Shown here in pieces: positions 1 through 11,017 of a stretch of DNA of 64,000 bases; the stretch's first letter is position 1; every line of letters starts with the position of its first letter. A program made the position numbers and the translations under genes. The notes beneath the pieces were generated by a model. The model did no database searches, was not told the origin of the DNA, and was given only the letters and a program-made list of their open reading frames with translations. Where the stretch lies: assembly GCA_034520565.1 (NCBI GenBank), contig JAXHNL010000002.1:736001-800000 (forward strand), given 5' to 3'. The stretch comes from Halodesulfurarchaeum sp. (GTDB lineage: Archaea; Halobacteriota; Halobacteria; Halobacteriales; Halobacteriaceae).

Positions 1-110
1 GTGCCGACGGCCCGGATCTTGCCCGCGTCCTGGTCCACGAGGACGTCCGCCCGCGAGACCGAGCCGTCGGGATGAAGCACGTGCCCGTCGGTCACACAGA
101 TGGTCGACAT
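1..110 (-). CDS. N-terminal fragment of an amidohydrolase-family protein (MTA/SAH deaminase-like), truncated by the window edge
   Basis: Hand translation from ATG at 110: [36 protein letters not shown], the beta-sandwich N-terminus typical of amidohydrolases; divergent from hisG. Confidence 0.6.
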   Translation of the reverse strand, partial: MSTICVTDGHVLHPDGSVSRADVLVDQDAGKIRAVG

Positions 111-251
111 GGCCGCGGGTTCGTGGTGGGCGTCCCTGAATCTGCCGCTTGCCAGCCCGGGCCAGACGGTCCCGTTGGACCGAGCGGATGGCCGATTCGC
201 CGTGGCTCGCGATGGAAACGTAAATACGCGCGCCCCCGCTACGAACCGGCA

Positions 252-1100
252 ATGCGTATTGCGATCCCGAACAAGGGCCGGTTGCACGACCCGGCCGTCG
301 AACTCCTGGACCGGGCGGGCATCCACGTCGTCGACGGGGAGGACCGGCAGCTCTACGCCGACACGGTGGACCCCGATATCACGATTCTCTTCGCGCGGGC
401 CGCTGACATTCCGGAGTACATCGCCGACGGGGCGGCCGATCTCGGTATCACGGGCTTCGATCAGGCCGCGGAGGCTGACTGCCCGGAGGTCGAACCGCTA
501 CTGGACCTGGAGTTCGGCCAGTGTCGAATCGTCGTCGCCGCCCCCGAGGACGGGGACATCACCGACATCGAGGACCTTGATGGCAAGACCGTCGCGACCG
601 AGTTCCCGCACATCACGGAGAAGCACTTCGCCGCGGCCGGCGTCGAGGCCGAAATCGTGGAGGTCACCGGGGCCACGGAACTCACCCCGCACGTCGAAAT
701 GGCCGACGCCATCGTGGACATCACGAGCACCGGGACCACGCTGGCAGTCAACCGGCTCGCGATCATCGACGAAGTGCTTGAGAGTTCGGCCCACCTCTTC
801 GCCCACGAGGACGTGGTGAACGACCGGAAGACCTCCGAGATCGACCGGGCCCTCGAATCGGTGCTCGCGGCGGAGGGCCGTCGCTACATCATGCTCAACG
901 CGCCGAAGTCCAACCTCGAGACGATCAAGGAGATCATCCCCGGCATGGGCGGGCCGACGGTGATGAACGTCAACGGGACCGATCAGGTCGCGATCCACGC
1001 CGTCATTCGGGAGGACGAGGTCTTCCGGACGGTCACGCGGCTCAAGGCACAGGGTGCGACCGACATTCTCGTCACCGAAATCGAGCGATTGGTCGAGTAG
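252..1100 (+). CDS. hisG: ATP phosphoribosyltransferase (long form)
   Basis: [11 protein letters not shown] start, [13 protein letters not shown]...[14 protein letters not shown] motifs and C-terminal regulatory domain; start trimmed from ORF 72..1100. Confidence 0.97.
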   Translation: MRIAIPNKGRLHDPAVELLDRAGIHVVDGEDRQLYADTVDPDITILFARAADIPEYIADGAADLGITGFDQAAEADCPEVEPLLDLEFGQCRIVVAAPEDGDITDIEDLDGKTVATEFPHITEKHFAAAGVEAEIVEVTGATELTPHVEMADAIVDITSTGTTLAVNRLAIIDEVLESSAHLFAHEDVVNDRKTSEIDRALESVLAAEGRRYIMLNAPKSNLETIKEIIPGMGGPTVMNVNGTDQVAIHAVIREDEVFRTVTRLKAQGATDILVTEIERLVE

Positions 1101-1147
1101 GCCCGAGCCTGGGACGGACGAGCCCGGGAGACCGGCTGGAAACCCAG

Positions 1148-1708
1148 TTATTCCAGCAGGCCGAGTTCTTCGAGGCGAGAGACGATCTTGTCGACGGCGT
1201 GTTCGGCGTCCTCGGGTCGCTTTCCGCCCGTGATGACCAGCTTCCCGCTGCCGAAGAGGAGTGCGACGACCTCCGGTTCGTCGAGGCGATAGACCAGGCC
1301 GGGGAACTGTTCGGGTTCGTACTCGATGTTCTCGAGGCCGAGGCCGATGGCGATGGCGTTGAGGTTGAGCTGTCGGCCCAGGTCGGCACTCGTGACGATG
1401 TTCTGGACCACGATCTCCGGGTCGTCCTCGACCTTGATGGAGAGGTCACGCAGCTTATCGAAGACGATGTGGAGGCTCTCGTGGACGTCGTCGGTGCTTT
1501 TCGCCCCGGTGCAGACGATCTTCCCCGACCGGAAGATGAGGGCGGCCGACTTGGGGTCCTGGGTTCGGTAGACCAGGCCGGGGAACTGCTCCGGGTCGTA
1601 GTCCGCCCCCTCGAGATCCATGGCGACCGACTGGAGATCGAGCTCTTGCCCGATCCCCGTCGAGGCGACCACGTTCTCGATGTTGATGGTTTCCTTGGGA
1701 TCACTCAT
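1148..1708 (-). CDS. tbp: TATA-box-binding protein
   Basis: Two repeats of NVVAS/NIVTS...YxPEQFPGLVYR...LxFxSGKxVxTG. Confidence 0.98.
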   Translation of the reverse strand: MSDPKETINIENVVASTGIGQELDLQSVAMDLEGADYDPEQFPGLVYRTQDPKSAALIFRSGKIVCTGAKSTDDVHESLHIVFDKLRDLSIKVEDDPEIVVQNIVTSADLGRQLNLNAIAIGLGLENIEYEPEQFPGLVYRLDEPEVVALLFGSGKLVITGGKRPEDAEHAVDKIVSRLEELGLLE

Positions 1709-1729
1709 ATGCGTTTTAAGGCTTGTATT

Positions 1730-1748
1730 TAAGGTTTATAAATATTTG
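1730..1748 (-). promoter_or_regulatory. TATA-box region of tbp (probably a leaderless transcript)
   Basis: AT-rich TATTTATAAA on the minus strand about 28 nt upstream of the ATG at 1708, in otherwise GC-rich DNA. Confidence 0.6.
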
Positions 1749-1909
1749 CAGTGCCAGACTCGTTCACACGATCTGACTTGTCGACCGGCCGTTCCCGATT
1801 GGGACGACAGTTCCGTCCGGACCGGCGACCGCTCTCCAGTGGACGGACCGACGTGTACCGGGCCCGACGGACCGACACGCTCAGGGGCGTGGCCCGATTT
1901 ATTTCCGGC

Positions 1910-2881
1910 GTGTACGTCCTGGAGTTCGCCGGGGAGGACGACCCGTTCGCAGCGGCGGAGGCCCGGGCAGCCGCGAGTGGCGTCTCGATTCTCGCTCCGG
2001 GGCTCGGGACGGCCGACGCGGTCGATCTGGAGCGAGTGCGCGGGCTGGCCTACACGCGCCGGGCGTCAGAACTCGTGGCTCAGGCTGCCGCCGACGTCGA
2101 GACTGTCGTGGCGGTCCTCGAGGGGGCCTCAATCGAGCGCTCCGGGACCGTCGCCGTCCGGGCCAGAGACGTCCGGGGAACGGCCGACATCGACACCCAG
2201 GCCGCCGAACGCGAACTGGGCCGGGTCCTCGTCGATCGAGGGTTCGATGTGGACCTCTCGAATCCGGATCACACGCTCGTTGCGCTCTTTGCGGACAGTT
2301 CGGCGGTGCTCGGGTGGCAACTCGCCACTTCGACTCGCGAGTACGGCGATCGGGCGCCAACCGAGAGGCCGTTTTTCCAGCCCGGGAGCATGGACCCGCT
2401 CCTCGCTCGCGCGGTCGGCAACCTGGCCCGGATCGAGCCGGGGGATCTCGTGCTCGATCCCATGTGTGGAACCGGGGGCTTGCTCATCGAGGCGGGCCTG
2501 CTGGGCGGTCGACCGATCGGGATCGACGCCCAGGAGAAGATGGTCAAGGGGACCCGCGAGAATCTGCAGGAGGTGCTCGGTGAATCGCCACTGGTGGCCC
2601 GTGGCGACGGAACGAGGCTTCCGCTCCCGGCGGACAGCGTGGACGCGGTCGTCTTCGACGTCCCCTACGGTCGCCAGTCGAAGATCGAGACTCACGGGCT
2701 CGCCGATCTGGTCGAGGGAGCCCTTTTCGAAGCCAGGCGAGTCAGCCCGCGAGCTGTCGTGGTGGCCGACCGCTCCTACGAAGTGCTGGCCCGGGAAGCG
2801 GGCTGGACGGTGACTGAAACTCACGAACGGCGGGTCCACCGCTCGCTCACCAGGCACGTCCACGTGCTGACTCCCGACTGA
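1910..2881 (+). CDS. THUMP-domain tRNA (guanine-10,N2)-methyltransferase (Trm-G10/Trm11-like)
   Basis: GTG start (YVLEFAGEDD), RPFFQPGSMDP, SAM motif DPMCGTGG and DVPYG motif. Confidence 0.85.
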   Translation: MYVLEFAGEDDPFAAAEARAAASGVSILAPGLGTADAVDLERVRGLAYTRRASELVAQAAADVETVVAVLEGASIERSGTVAVRARDVRGTADIDTQAAERELGRVLVDRGFDVDLSNPDHTLVALFADSSAVLGWQLATSTREYGDRAPTERPFFQPGSMDPLLARAVGNLARIEPGDLVLDPMCGTGGLLIEAGLLGGRPIGIDAQEKMVKGTRENLQEVLGESPLVARGDGTRLPLPADSVDAVVFDVPYGRQSKIETHGLADLVEGALFEARRVSPRAVVVADRSYEVLAREAGWTVTETHERRVHRSLTRHVHVLTPD

Positions 2882-2885
2882 GTTT

Positions 2886-3925
2886 TCAGGGTTTCGGCGG
2901 TCGGGACGGCTCCAGATCGGCGTCCGGGTCGAGCAACGAGAGGAAGTGCGCGAGGTGGATGCGGGCGCTGGTTCCCCGTGTGAGGTCGAACTCGATCCGC
3001 CCGGCGACCTCGTGAAGCGTCGCCAGTTTGGTCCCGCTGTACCGGGTCCGGGCGGCGTCCATCACTTCCTCGAGCAGTTCCTCCCCGAGCGGCCCTCATC
3101 GACGAGGAGGTCATCGAGGATCGAGCGGGCGTCCTGGAAGTCCCCCGCTTCGGCATCGTCGAGCATTTCCGCGATGCGGTCGTCCAGTCCCACATCGCGG
3201 AGCGGCTCCAGCACGGTCGTTCCCTTCAACTCGCCGGTTTTCTCGGCGGCGGTCTGGGCGGCCAATATCGCCTCCCTGAGATCTCCCTCCGCGTAGGAGG
3301 CCAGATACGAGAGCCCCTCTTCGTCGGATGCAACCCCTTCCTTTTCGACGATCGACTCGAGTACGGCGACGGTCTCATCGCGGGTGGGAGTTCGCATGGG
3401 AATCGGGACACACCGCGACCGGATCGGCGAGATGAGTTTGCTCGGCTGGCGGGTGGTAATGACGAACTGGGTGGCCGTGTAGTACTGCTCCATCACTCGC
3501 CGGAGTGCCTGCTGGAAGTCCTCTCGGATCGCTTCGCTGTTGTCGAGCAGGATCGTGTTGTACGAGCCCGACACCGGCGGGTGGCTCGCGCTTTCGGTGA
3601 GCACGTAGTTGATCAGGTCGGCCTTCGAGGAATTGCGTTTCCGTTTCGGGGTGATGAACCGTTCGAAGCGGGGATCCTCGCTCAACTCCGATTTCGTCAT
3701 TCCGAAGAAGTCCGCGACGTTGATCTCGATCAGGTCTCCCTCGGGGTCCTCGTGGGCCGCCGCCGCGAGCGCACGCACGGCGGCGGTCTTGCCCACACCG
3801 GGCGGTCCGTGAAGGACGAGATTGACCGGCTCGTCGACCACGTCCTCGAGCCGATCCCGCACCGACTCCTGGGGGAGTTCCGAAAGGGCCGGCGCGTGTC
3901 GGTCGATCCAGAGGGGCCGCTCCAT
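2886..3925 (-). CDS. Replication factor C small-subunit paralog (AAA+), with one frameshift near 3083
   Basis: LWIDRHAP, Walker A GPPGVGKT, QQALRR, SPIRSRC. Adding one G to the G4 run near 3083 extends the frame as GEELLEEVMDAAR...RPPKP to TGA at 2886. Confidence 0.85.
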
Positions 3926-4017
3926 CGGGCGTGGGTACCCGGCGCCCGAATAAGAATCGGTCGGTCTCGCCGGCCCGGGTCCGAAGCGGGTTTACCGGAA
4001 CCGCTCGAAACGCGGGT

Positions 4018-4944
4018 ATGACTCTTCGCGTCACGTTTCTGGGGACCAGCGGGGCCATCCCCACGACGGCCCGGAACCCCAGTTCGATCTTCTGCCGGCG
4101 GGCCGGCGAGGCGTTCCTCTTCGACGTCGGAGAGGGGACCCAGCGCCAGATGATGCGCTTCGGGACGGGGTTTGACGTCGACGCCGTCTTCCTGACTCAC
4201 GTCCACGGCGATCACGTCCTCGGCCTCCCGGGCCTGATCCAAACCTGGGGGTTCAACGAGCGAACGGATCCGCTCGCCATCTATACCCCTCGTGGAACCC
4301 GGCGCGAGATCGTCTCCCTGATCTATGCGATCGCGGACGAGCCCGACTATCTCGTCACCGTCGAGGAAGTGACGCCCGGCTCGACCGTCCGGGAGCACGA
4401 GGAGTACGAGATCCGGGCCATCGAGGCGGACCATCGAACGGCTGCGGTGGGCTATGCGCTCGTGGAAGCCGACCGGAAGGGTCGCTTCGACCGCGACAGG
4501 GCCGAAGAACTGGGCGTCCCCGCCGGTCCGAAGTTCTCTCAACTCCACGAGGGCGAGCCGGTCGAACTCGAGGACGGAACCGTCGTCCAGCCCGAGGAAG
4601 TCGTGGGTCCGGCCCGACCCGGCCGCCGACTCGTGTACACCGGCGATACGAGACCGATCGGCCCAGTGGAGACGGCTGCCGCGGACGCGGACCTCTTGAT
4701 CCACGACGCGACCTTCGCGGAAACCGAGAACGACCGGGCTCGCGAGACGGGGCACTCGACTGCCCGGGAGGCCGGTCGACTCGCCGAACGGGCCGGCGCG
4801 AAGCGACTGGCGCTGACACACGTCTCGCCACGGTACGCCGGGGATACGGGGATCCTCCTCCAGGAGGCAAGAGCCGCCTTCGACGGCGAGGTCATGCTGG
4901 CCGAGGACGGCCAGACCGTCGAGATTCCGTATCCCGACGAGTGA
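4018..4944 (+). CDS. rnz: Ribonuclease Z (tRNase Z)
   Basis: FLGTSGAIP, DVGEGTQRQ, THVHGDHVLG metallo-beta-lactamase motif, GVPAGP exosite, HDATF, HSTAREA, THVSPRY. Confidence 0.96.
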   Translation: MTLRVTFLGTSGAIPTTARNPSSIFCRRAGEAFLFDVGEGTQRQMMRFGTGFDVDAVFLTHVHGDHVLGLPGLIQTWGFNERTDPLAIYTPRGTRREIVSLIYAIADEPDYLVTVEEVTPGSTVREHEEYEIRAIEADHRTAAVGYALVEADRKGRFDRDRAEELGVPAGPKFSQLHEGEPVELEDGTVVQPEEVVGPARPGRRLVYTGDTRPIGPVETAAADADLLIHDATFAETENDRARETGHSTAREAGRLAERAGAKRLALTHVSPRYAGDTGILLQEARAAFDGEVMLAEDGQTVEIPYPDE

Positions 4945-5017
4945 GCTGCCCGCTCGAAGGGGCTGCGGATGAACCAATTCGCGAACGCGAAAAATCGGCC
5001 CGGAACTCGCAGTCGAC

Positions 5018-5335
5018 TCAGCCGAACTTGTAGGTCATGCCCGAACCGTTGGGCGGGTTCTCCCAGATGACGTTGTCGTAGGGACAGGCCCACCGACAGC
5101 TGCCACATTCGAGGCAGTTCTCGTAGGCGATGAGGGGGACACCGTCCTCCTCGCCTTCGTTCCGCCAGACGTTGGCCGGACAGACCGAGACGCAGTCGTA
5201 GGTCTCACAGTCTAGGCAGGTGTCCTCCTCGAAGACGCCCAGATGGGAGTCCTCGTGGTCGGTGTACTTGTTCGCGTAGAGGCGATCCTCGATGCTCGGC
5301 CGCTCGACCTCGGGTGTTTTGGGGTGTGCGCTCAT
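5018..5335 (-). CDS. fixX: FixX-type ferredoxin
   Basis: CxxC...CVSVCPANV and YENCLECGSCRWACP, ending GMTYKFG; overlaps the fixC stop. Confidence 0.9.
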   Translation of the reverse strand: MSAHPKTPEVERPSIEDRLYANKYTDHEDSHLGVFEEDTCLDCETYDCVSVCPANVWRNEGEEDGVPLIAYENCLECGSCRWACPYDNVIWENPPNGSGMTYKFG

Positions 5336-6663
5336 GAGAGGAGTTTCCGGTATTTCCAGGCCTTCTTTGCCGCGCCAGTCCAGCCGCCGACCGCGCGGAG
5401 CAGCATGTGTTTGGCGCGCTTCGCGTGAGTCTCTTTCGGCTCGTAGTCCTGTTTGAAGAACTCGAGTTCGGCTTCGGTCAGCGCCCGGGGCAGTTGCTGG
5501 AAGAGGAACTGTTTCTCGTCGTGGGCGAAGTCGCCGAACCAGTCGTAGTTCCGCAGGTTCTCCATCACGTAGGAGTCCTCGAGGCGGTCCGGGTAGCCCT
5601 GCAATGCCGCGGCGTCGGTTCGGCCCTCATCGATGGCCTCGGCGACTGCCTGGCCGGCCAAATAGCCGCTCTCGACGGCCATGTTCGTCCCTTCGAGGTG
5701 GATGCCGTTGTTGAGGAGCAGGCTGGCCGCGTCCCCGACGATCACGGCGCCGTCGTGGGCGAGGTCCGGGACTGCGGAGGCCCCGCCCTCGGGAATGGCC
5801 TTCGCGGAGTACTCGACCACGCGACCGCCTTTGACCAGCGGTGCGATCGCCGGGTGCTCCTTGAAGTCCGAGAGCACTTCGTCCGGTTTCCGTTCGTCCT
5901 GAATCGCATCCGAGATCGTGTAGGCGAGCCCGATAGCCAGGGTCCGCTTGTTCGTGTAGATGAACCCGCCGCCGACGGCCCCGCCACAGGCACCTTCGCC
6001 GAAGTAGTGATAGGCGGCCCCGTCGTCCTCGCCGAGGCCGAACCGCTCCTGGATGGTTTCGCGGTCGTACTTCCGGACCTCCTTGACGCCGATGGCGACG
6101 TTCTCTGGTGGATCAGGTTCCTTGAGCCCGGCGGCCTCGGACACGAGGGAGTTGCCGCCCTCGGCGAGTACCACGACCGGGGCCCGGATCGTCCCGTCCG
6201 GGCGGTCGGTCTCCACGCCGACGATCGAGCCGTCCTCGCGAAGCACGTCGGTGACGGTCGTCTGGGTGACCAGCGTCGCGCCGGCCTCGACGGCCTGCTC
6301 GGCGAACCATTCGTCGAAGTTCCCACGAAGGACGGTGTAGGTGTCGTTGTGGGAGTCCTCGTGCCACGCGCCCGGCTTGATCGACATAGCGGTCTCGTCC
6401 TCGGGGGAGAGCAGGCCGAAGCGTTTCTCCCCGAGGTACCGTTCGACGGGGGCGTCCTCGAAGTCCTCGCCGGTGAGTTCGCGGATCCGGGGGGTGTACA
6501 TCGTCCCGCCGAAGACGTTCTTCGCGCCGGGGTAGTTCCCCCGCTCGATGATCAGCACCTCGCGGTCCCGCTGGGCCATCGTCAGCGCGGCTGCAGTGCC
6601 CGCGAGACCGGCGCCAACCACGATGGCGTCGAAGTGGTCGTCGTAGTTCGGCGTTTCAGTCAT
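5332..6663 (-). CDS. fixC: ETF:quinone oxidoreductase FixC
   Basis: GAGLAG FAD motif, ERGNYPGAKNVFGG, GGGFIYTN, EYSAKAIPEGG, VGDAA...EGTNMA. Confidence 0.92.
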   Translation of the reverse strand: MTETPNYDDHFDAIVVGAGLAGTAAALTMAQRDREVLIIERGNYPGAKNVFGGTMYTPRIRELTGEDFEDAPVERYLGEKRFGLLSPEDETAMSIKPGAWHEDSHNDTYTVLRGNFDEWFAEQAVEAGATLVTQTTVTDVLREDGSIVGVETDRPDGTIRAPVVVLAEGGNSLVSEAAGLKEPDPPENVAIGVKEVRKYDRETIQERFGLGEDDGAAYHYFGEGACGGAVGGGFIYTNKRTLAIGLAYTISDAIQDERKPDEVLSDFKEHPAIAPLVKGGRVVEYSAKAIPEGGASAVPDLAHDGAVIVGDAASLLLNNGIHLEGTNMAVESGYLAGQAVAEAIDEGRTDAAALQGYPDRLEDSYVMENLRNYDWFGDFAHDEKQFLFQQLPRALTEAELEFFKQDYEPKETHAKRAKHMLLRAVGGWTGAAKKAWKYRKLLS

Positions 6664-7673
6664 GCTGTGCCCTCCTTGGCCTTCCGAATCGCTTCAGTTA
6701 GCGCCGGAACCACCTCGAAGAGGTCCCCAACGATACCGTAATCGGCGTCGTCGAAGATCGGCGCGTTCGGGTCGTCGTTGATCGCGATGATGGTCTTCGA
6801 GTCGTTCATGCCCTCAAGGTGCTGGATCGCCCCGCTGATCCCCGCGGCAATATAGAGCTCGGGCTTGACGGTCTTCCCGGTCTGGCCGACCTGCCGGGCC
6901 GCTTCGATCCACCCCTCCTCGACGGCCTCGCGGGTCGCGGCAACTTCGCCGCCGAGGACGTCGGCGAGTTCCTCGATGGGGCCGAAGTCGCCCTCGGTGC
7001 CGAACCCGCCCGCGACGACCACCTCGGCGTCGGTGATGTCCGTGATGTCCCCGACGACCCGCTCGATGACACGTGAGTGGACGTTCGATTCGTCCACCGA
7101 GGACTCGATCTCGGTGATCGTGCCCTCGCGGACGCGGTCGGGCTCGGCCGCGTCGAAGACCCCCGGCCGGACCGTCGCCATCTGCGGGCGGTGGTCGACG
7201 CACTTGATCGTCGCCATGGCGTCACCGCCGAAGGTGGGCCGTTTGGCCAGGAGGAGCCCGGTTTCGGCTTCGATCTCGAGTTCCGTACAGTCGGCGGTCA
7301 GCCCGGCGTAGGTCGGGACGGCCACGCGGCCGGCGAAGTCTCGACCGGTGTGACTGCCGCCGATGAGGACGATGTCCGGCTTGCGCTCTTCGACGAGGAC
7401 CCTGAACTGTTCTCCGTACGGGCCGGGGAGATAGGGCTCGAAGATCGGGTCCTCGACGACGAGCACCTCGTCGGCGCCACGCTGGATGGCCTCCTCGGCG
7501 AGGTGGGTGACTTCCTCGCCCATGACCAGTGCCACGAGCCGGTCGCCCTTCGCGTCAGCGAGCTCTCGCCCCTTTGCGAGGAGTTCCCAGGAGACTTTCG
7601 CCGGCTCGCCGTCGTGCTGTTCGATGAAGACCCAGACGTCCTCGTACTCCTCGGTGTCGACTTCCCCCGGCAT
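6660..7673 (-). CDS. fixB: Electron transfer flavoprotein alpha subunit (FixB/EtfA)
   Basis: GLTADCT, RPTFGG, RPQMATVRPG, QVGQTGKTVKPELYIAAGISGAIQH. Confidence 0.95.
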   Translation of the reverse strand: MPGEVDTEEYEDVWVFIEQHDGEPAKVSWELLAKGRELADAKGDRLVALVMGEEVTHLAEEAIQRGADEVLVVEDPIFEPYLPGPYGEQFRVLVEERKPDIVLIGGSHTGRDFAGRVAVPTYAGLTADCTELEIEAETGLLLAKRPTFGGDAMATIKCVDHRPQMATVRPGVFDAAEPDRVREGTITEIESSVDESNVHSRVIERVVGDITDITDAEVVVAGGFGTEGDFGPIEELADVLGGEVAATREAVEEGWIEAARQVGQTGKTVKPELYIAAGISGAIQHLEGMNDSKTIIAINDDPNAPIFDDADYGIVGDLFEVVPALTEAIRKAKEGTA

Positions 7674-8459
7674 TTAGATCGCCCCCTCCTCGTGGAGTGC
7701 TTCAACGAGTTCGTCGACGGAGTCGACCATCTTCCGTTTCCGTTCGACCGGATCGGCGGTGTCCATCCCGCCGACGGAGGTCGGGGAGGCAGCGAGGCCC
7801 ACCGACTCCTCGATGCCGAGGTCGCTTGCGGAGTACTGCTCGGGCTCGAACTCCGTTTCCGAGAAGATCTTTCGGTGGAGGCCGGCGACTCGCGGCTCGT
7901 TCATGCCGAAGCCCACGGCCACGACGACCGGCAGGCTCGCTGCGATTTCCTCGTGACCGCCTTCGATGTCCCGGATGGCGACCAGTTCGTCGTCCTCGGG
8001 GCGCGGCTCGAGCTCCTCGACGTAGGTGAGCTGTGCCCAGTCGTTGTGGGCGGCGATGCCCGGTGGGACCTGGCCCGTCGAGGAGTCGGTACTCTCCTCG
8101 CCACAGATCACGACGTCGGCGTCGAGTTCCTCGGCGATGGTGGCCAACGCGAGGCTCGTCGGCCAGGTGTCACTACCGCCGAACGCTCGGTCGGTCAGCA
8201 GGACGCCGTCGTCGGCCCCGAGCCCGACTGCCGTTTCGAGCACGGCCGTGGCGAAGGGCGGCCCCATCGTGACGGCGGTCACCGTTCCGCCCACTTCCTC
8301 TTTCAGTTCCAGCGCCGCCTCGACCGCGTTGAAGTCCGGTTTGTTGAGGACGGCCTCGGCGTCGGAGCGATTCAGCGTTCCGGTGTCGGGATCGATCGAG
8401 ACGTCGTCGGCGTCGGGTACCTGTTTGACACAGACGACTATGTTCCATTCTCGTGACAT
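7674..8459 (-). CDS. fixA: Electron transfer flavoprotein beta subunit (FixA/EtfB)
   Basis: IVVCVKQVPD, NKPDFNAVEAA, MGPP, DRAFGGSDTWPTS, DSSTGQVPP; start placed at MSREW. Confidence 0.95.
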   Translation of the reverse strand: MSREWNIVVCVKQVPDADDVSIDPDTGTLNRSDAEAVLNKPDFNAVEAALELKEEVGGTVTAVTMGPPFATAVLETAVGLGADDGVLLTDRAFGGSDTWPTSLALATIAEELDADVVICGEESTDSSTGQVPPGIAAHNDWAQLTYVEELEPRPEDDELVAIRDIEGGHEEIAASLPVVVAVGFGMNEPRVAGLHRKIFSETEFEPEQYSASDLGIEESVGLAASPTSVGGMDTADPVERKRKMVDSVDELVEALHEEGAI

Positions 8460-8741
8460 ATGCGTATCGATGGTGGCTGGCCGGCTCCGTGTCCCGATCC
8501 GTTCGTCCGTCCAATCGGCGGAACACACGCTCTCCAGGGCGGTTCGTTCGTCATCCGACCGGTCGCGCGCCGGGTTTCTTGCACCAGTGTTGGCAAACTT
8601 TGCGGGCCCCGGCAATGAATCCACCTCTTTTTCCCGGCGACCGACAGTGTAGATCTGCCACAGTGACACACACGACTGTCGCGCGAACCAACTTCCCGAC
8701 AGCTGAACGGACTTATTTGGCTCGCTGCCCTATTCCGCTCC

Positions 8742-10737
8742 GTGAGCACCCGGACCGAGGCCCTCGACGCCCTGATCTTCGGCGTCGACGTGCAGAGTGG
8801 CGACGTGCGCGGTGACACGCCGTCTTACGCGCTGTGTGTCTTCGACGGCGAGCCGGCGGAGCGGACGACCGTGAGCTATCACAATCTTCTCCGGCGGATC
8901 CAGGACGTCGAACCCGACCTCGTGGCAACGGACAACATGTACGAGCTGGCGGCGGACAAGGACGATCTCGTCCGCTTCCTCCAGCGCTTGCCGGCCGAGA
9001 CCACCCTCGTCCAGGTAACCGGCGACGAGCGTCCCGAACCCCTCTCACGCGTGGCGAATCGCCACGGGGTCCCGTACGATGCCGATCCGATGGCGGAAGC
9101 CGAGGCGGCAGCGAGGCTCGCGGCCCGGAACGTCGGGTTCGCCGTTCGGGCCTTCGCCGATCGTACGACTGTCAAGATCTCGCGAGGCCGCTCGATCGGG
9201 AAGGGCGGGTCGAGCGAAGACCGCTACACGCGTCGGATCCACGGGCACGTCAAGACCGAGGCCCGGCGCGTGGAGTCGGCCCTCGAGGAGGCCGGGCTGG
9301 CGTTCGAACGGGACGTCACCGAGAAGTACGGCGGCTTTTCCAACGCGGTCTTTACCGTCGAGGCCCCGGTGAGCGAGATTCCCGTGTCCGCCGGCCGGTC
9401 GGGGGACACCCGGATCGAGATCGAGCCGGTCAAGCGCGACGGGATCGACTTCGAACCGCTCGTGACCCGGCGGGACCGGGTCTTCGTGGGCGTCGATCCC
9501 GGGACGACCACTGCCGTGGGGATCGTCGACCTCGACGGGACACCCCTTGAGACCTGGCACAGCCGGACGGCCGACATGGCCGGGGTCATCGAGTGGATCA
9601 TCGAGCGCGGGCGGCCGGTGCTCGTCGCCGCGGACGTCACGCCGATGCCCGAGACCGTCGAGAAGATCCGGCGGAGCTTCGACGCCGCCGCCTGGACGCC
9701 AGCGACGGACCTGCCGGTCGACGAGAAACTCCACCGGACCCGCGAGTCGGCGACGGCGAACGACCACGAACGGGACGCCCTGGCCGCCGCGCTGTTCGCC
9801 CATGACGCATACGAGGACACTATCGAGCGGATCGTCTCGAAGGTCCCTCGGACGGCCGACCGCGAGGCGGTCGTCGGCGAGGTGATCAAAGACGAAACCA
9901 CCGTCGAGGCGGTGCTCAGGGCACAGGAGGCAGCCGACGAGGAACCGGCGGCCGAATCGGGGCCGGAGCCGGCCGAGCCGAGCCCCGAACAGCGCCGCAT
10001 CCGGGACCTCGAAACGCAGGTCGAGCGGCTCCAGTCCCACGTCGAGGACCTCAAAGGTCGCCTCGACGAGAAGGATGCCACCATCGAGGACCTGCAAGCG
10101 CAACTCTCCGAGGCCAAGCGGGAGGAACGGACCGAGGCCCGGGCCCGCCGGGAGGTCTCGAAGCTCCGCTGGGAGACCGACCGGCTGGAGGCCGAACTCG
10201 AGACGGAGCGGCGGGCCCGCGAAGACCTCGAAGGCAAACTCGAGCGGCTGAAGGAGCTCTGGAAGCTCGATCACTCGAACTTCCCCGACGTCGACCAGTC
10301 CGGCGATCTCACGCCGGTGAAGGTGATCGAGAAGTTCACCGTCGAGGCGATCGAGGCCGCCCACGAGGCCTACGGGATCGCCTCCGGGGACGTGGTCTAT
10401 CTGCGCGACGCCTCCGGGGCCGGTCGCCGGACGGCCGAGCGGCTGATCGAGTTCGAACCGCGGCTCGTCATCCGGAACGGCGGGGTTTCGGACGTGGCCG
10501 ACCGGTTGCTGTTCGAGAACCGGGTGCCCGTGGCTCCGGCCGAACTGGTGACGATCCAGGAGGTCGACGAATTGGCGGTCGCTCGAGAAGACGGACGTCG
10601 AGGCGGCGATCGAGGACTGGGAGGGGCGGGCCGCGGAGCGCCGCCGCTCGCAGAACGCCGAGATGGTCGATCAGCTCATCTCCGAGCACCGGGCCGACCG
10701 GCGGGACGCCGACCCGAGCGAGTTGCTGGACTCTTGA
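8742..10737 (+). CDS. DUF460-domain coiled-coil protein (conserved archaeal), with a frameshift near 10590
   Basis: GVDVQSGD, VGVDPGTTTAVG RNase H-like motif, HERDALAAA, long coiled coil. The acidic C-terminus (DVEAAIEDWE...ELLDS) continues in another frame to TGA at 10737. Confidence 0.8.
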
Positions 10738-11017
10738 GGGGGGGGCGGGCGAACAGGTGGCCTGCCAGCCGTGGCTGGCGGTCGTCCCGGAACGGTGGGC
10801 CACACCCGGCAGGCGGTGGACTGCTCACAGGGGCATCGTCTGCCGCGGTCGGAAAACCCGCACTCGCGAACCGTTCCGGGCGAGTGTCAGGGCATGGCTG
10901 GGGATGGTCGGGTTTTCGTACTTGAACCTCGGGGGGGGGGGTGGCGGCGGGAAATCGGGCCCACCTCGATGGAGAATTTCCAGAAGCCATAACCCCTCGG
11001 CCCGATTGCGAAGGGAT

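Noticed and set aside
10738-10960. SRP RNA, RNase P RNA or T-box upstream of tyrS
   Set aside because: No SRP helix 8 GGAA/AGCAG arrangement, no RNase P GAGGAAAGTCC motif and no T-box consensus on either strand
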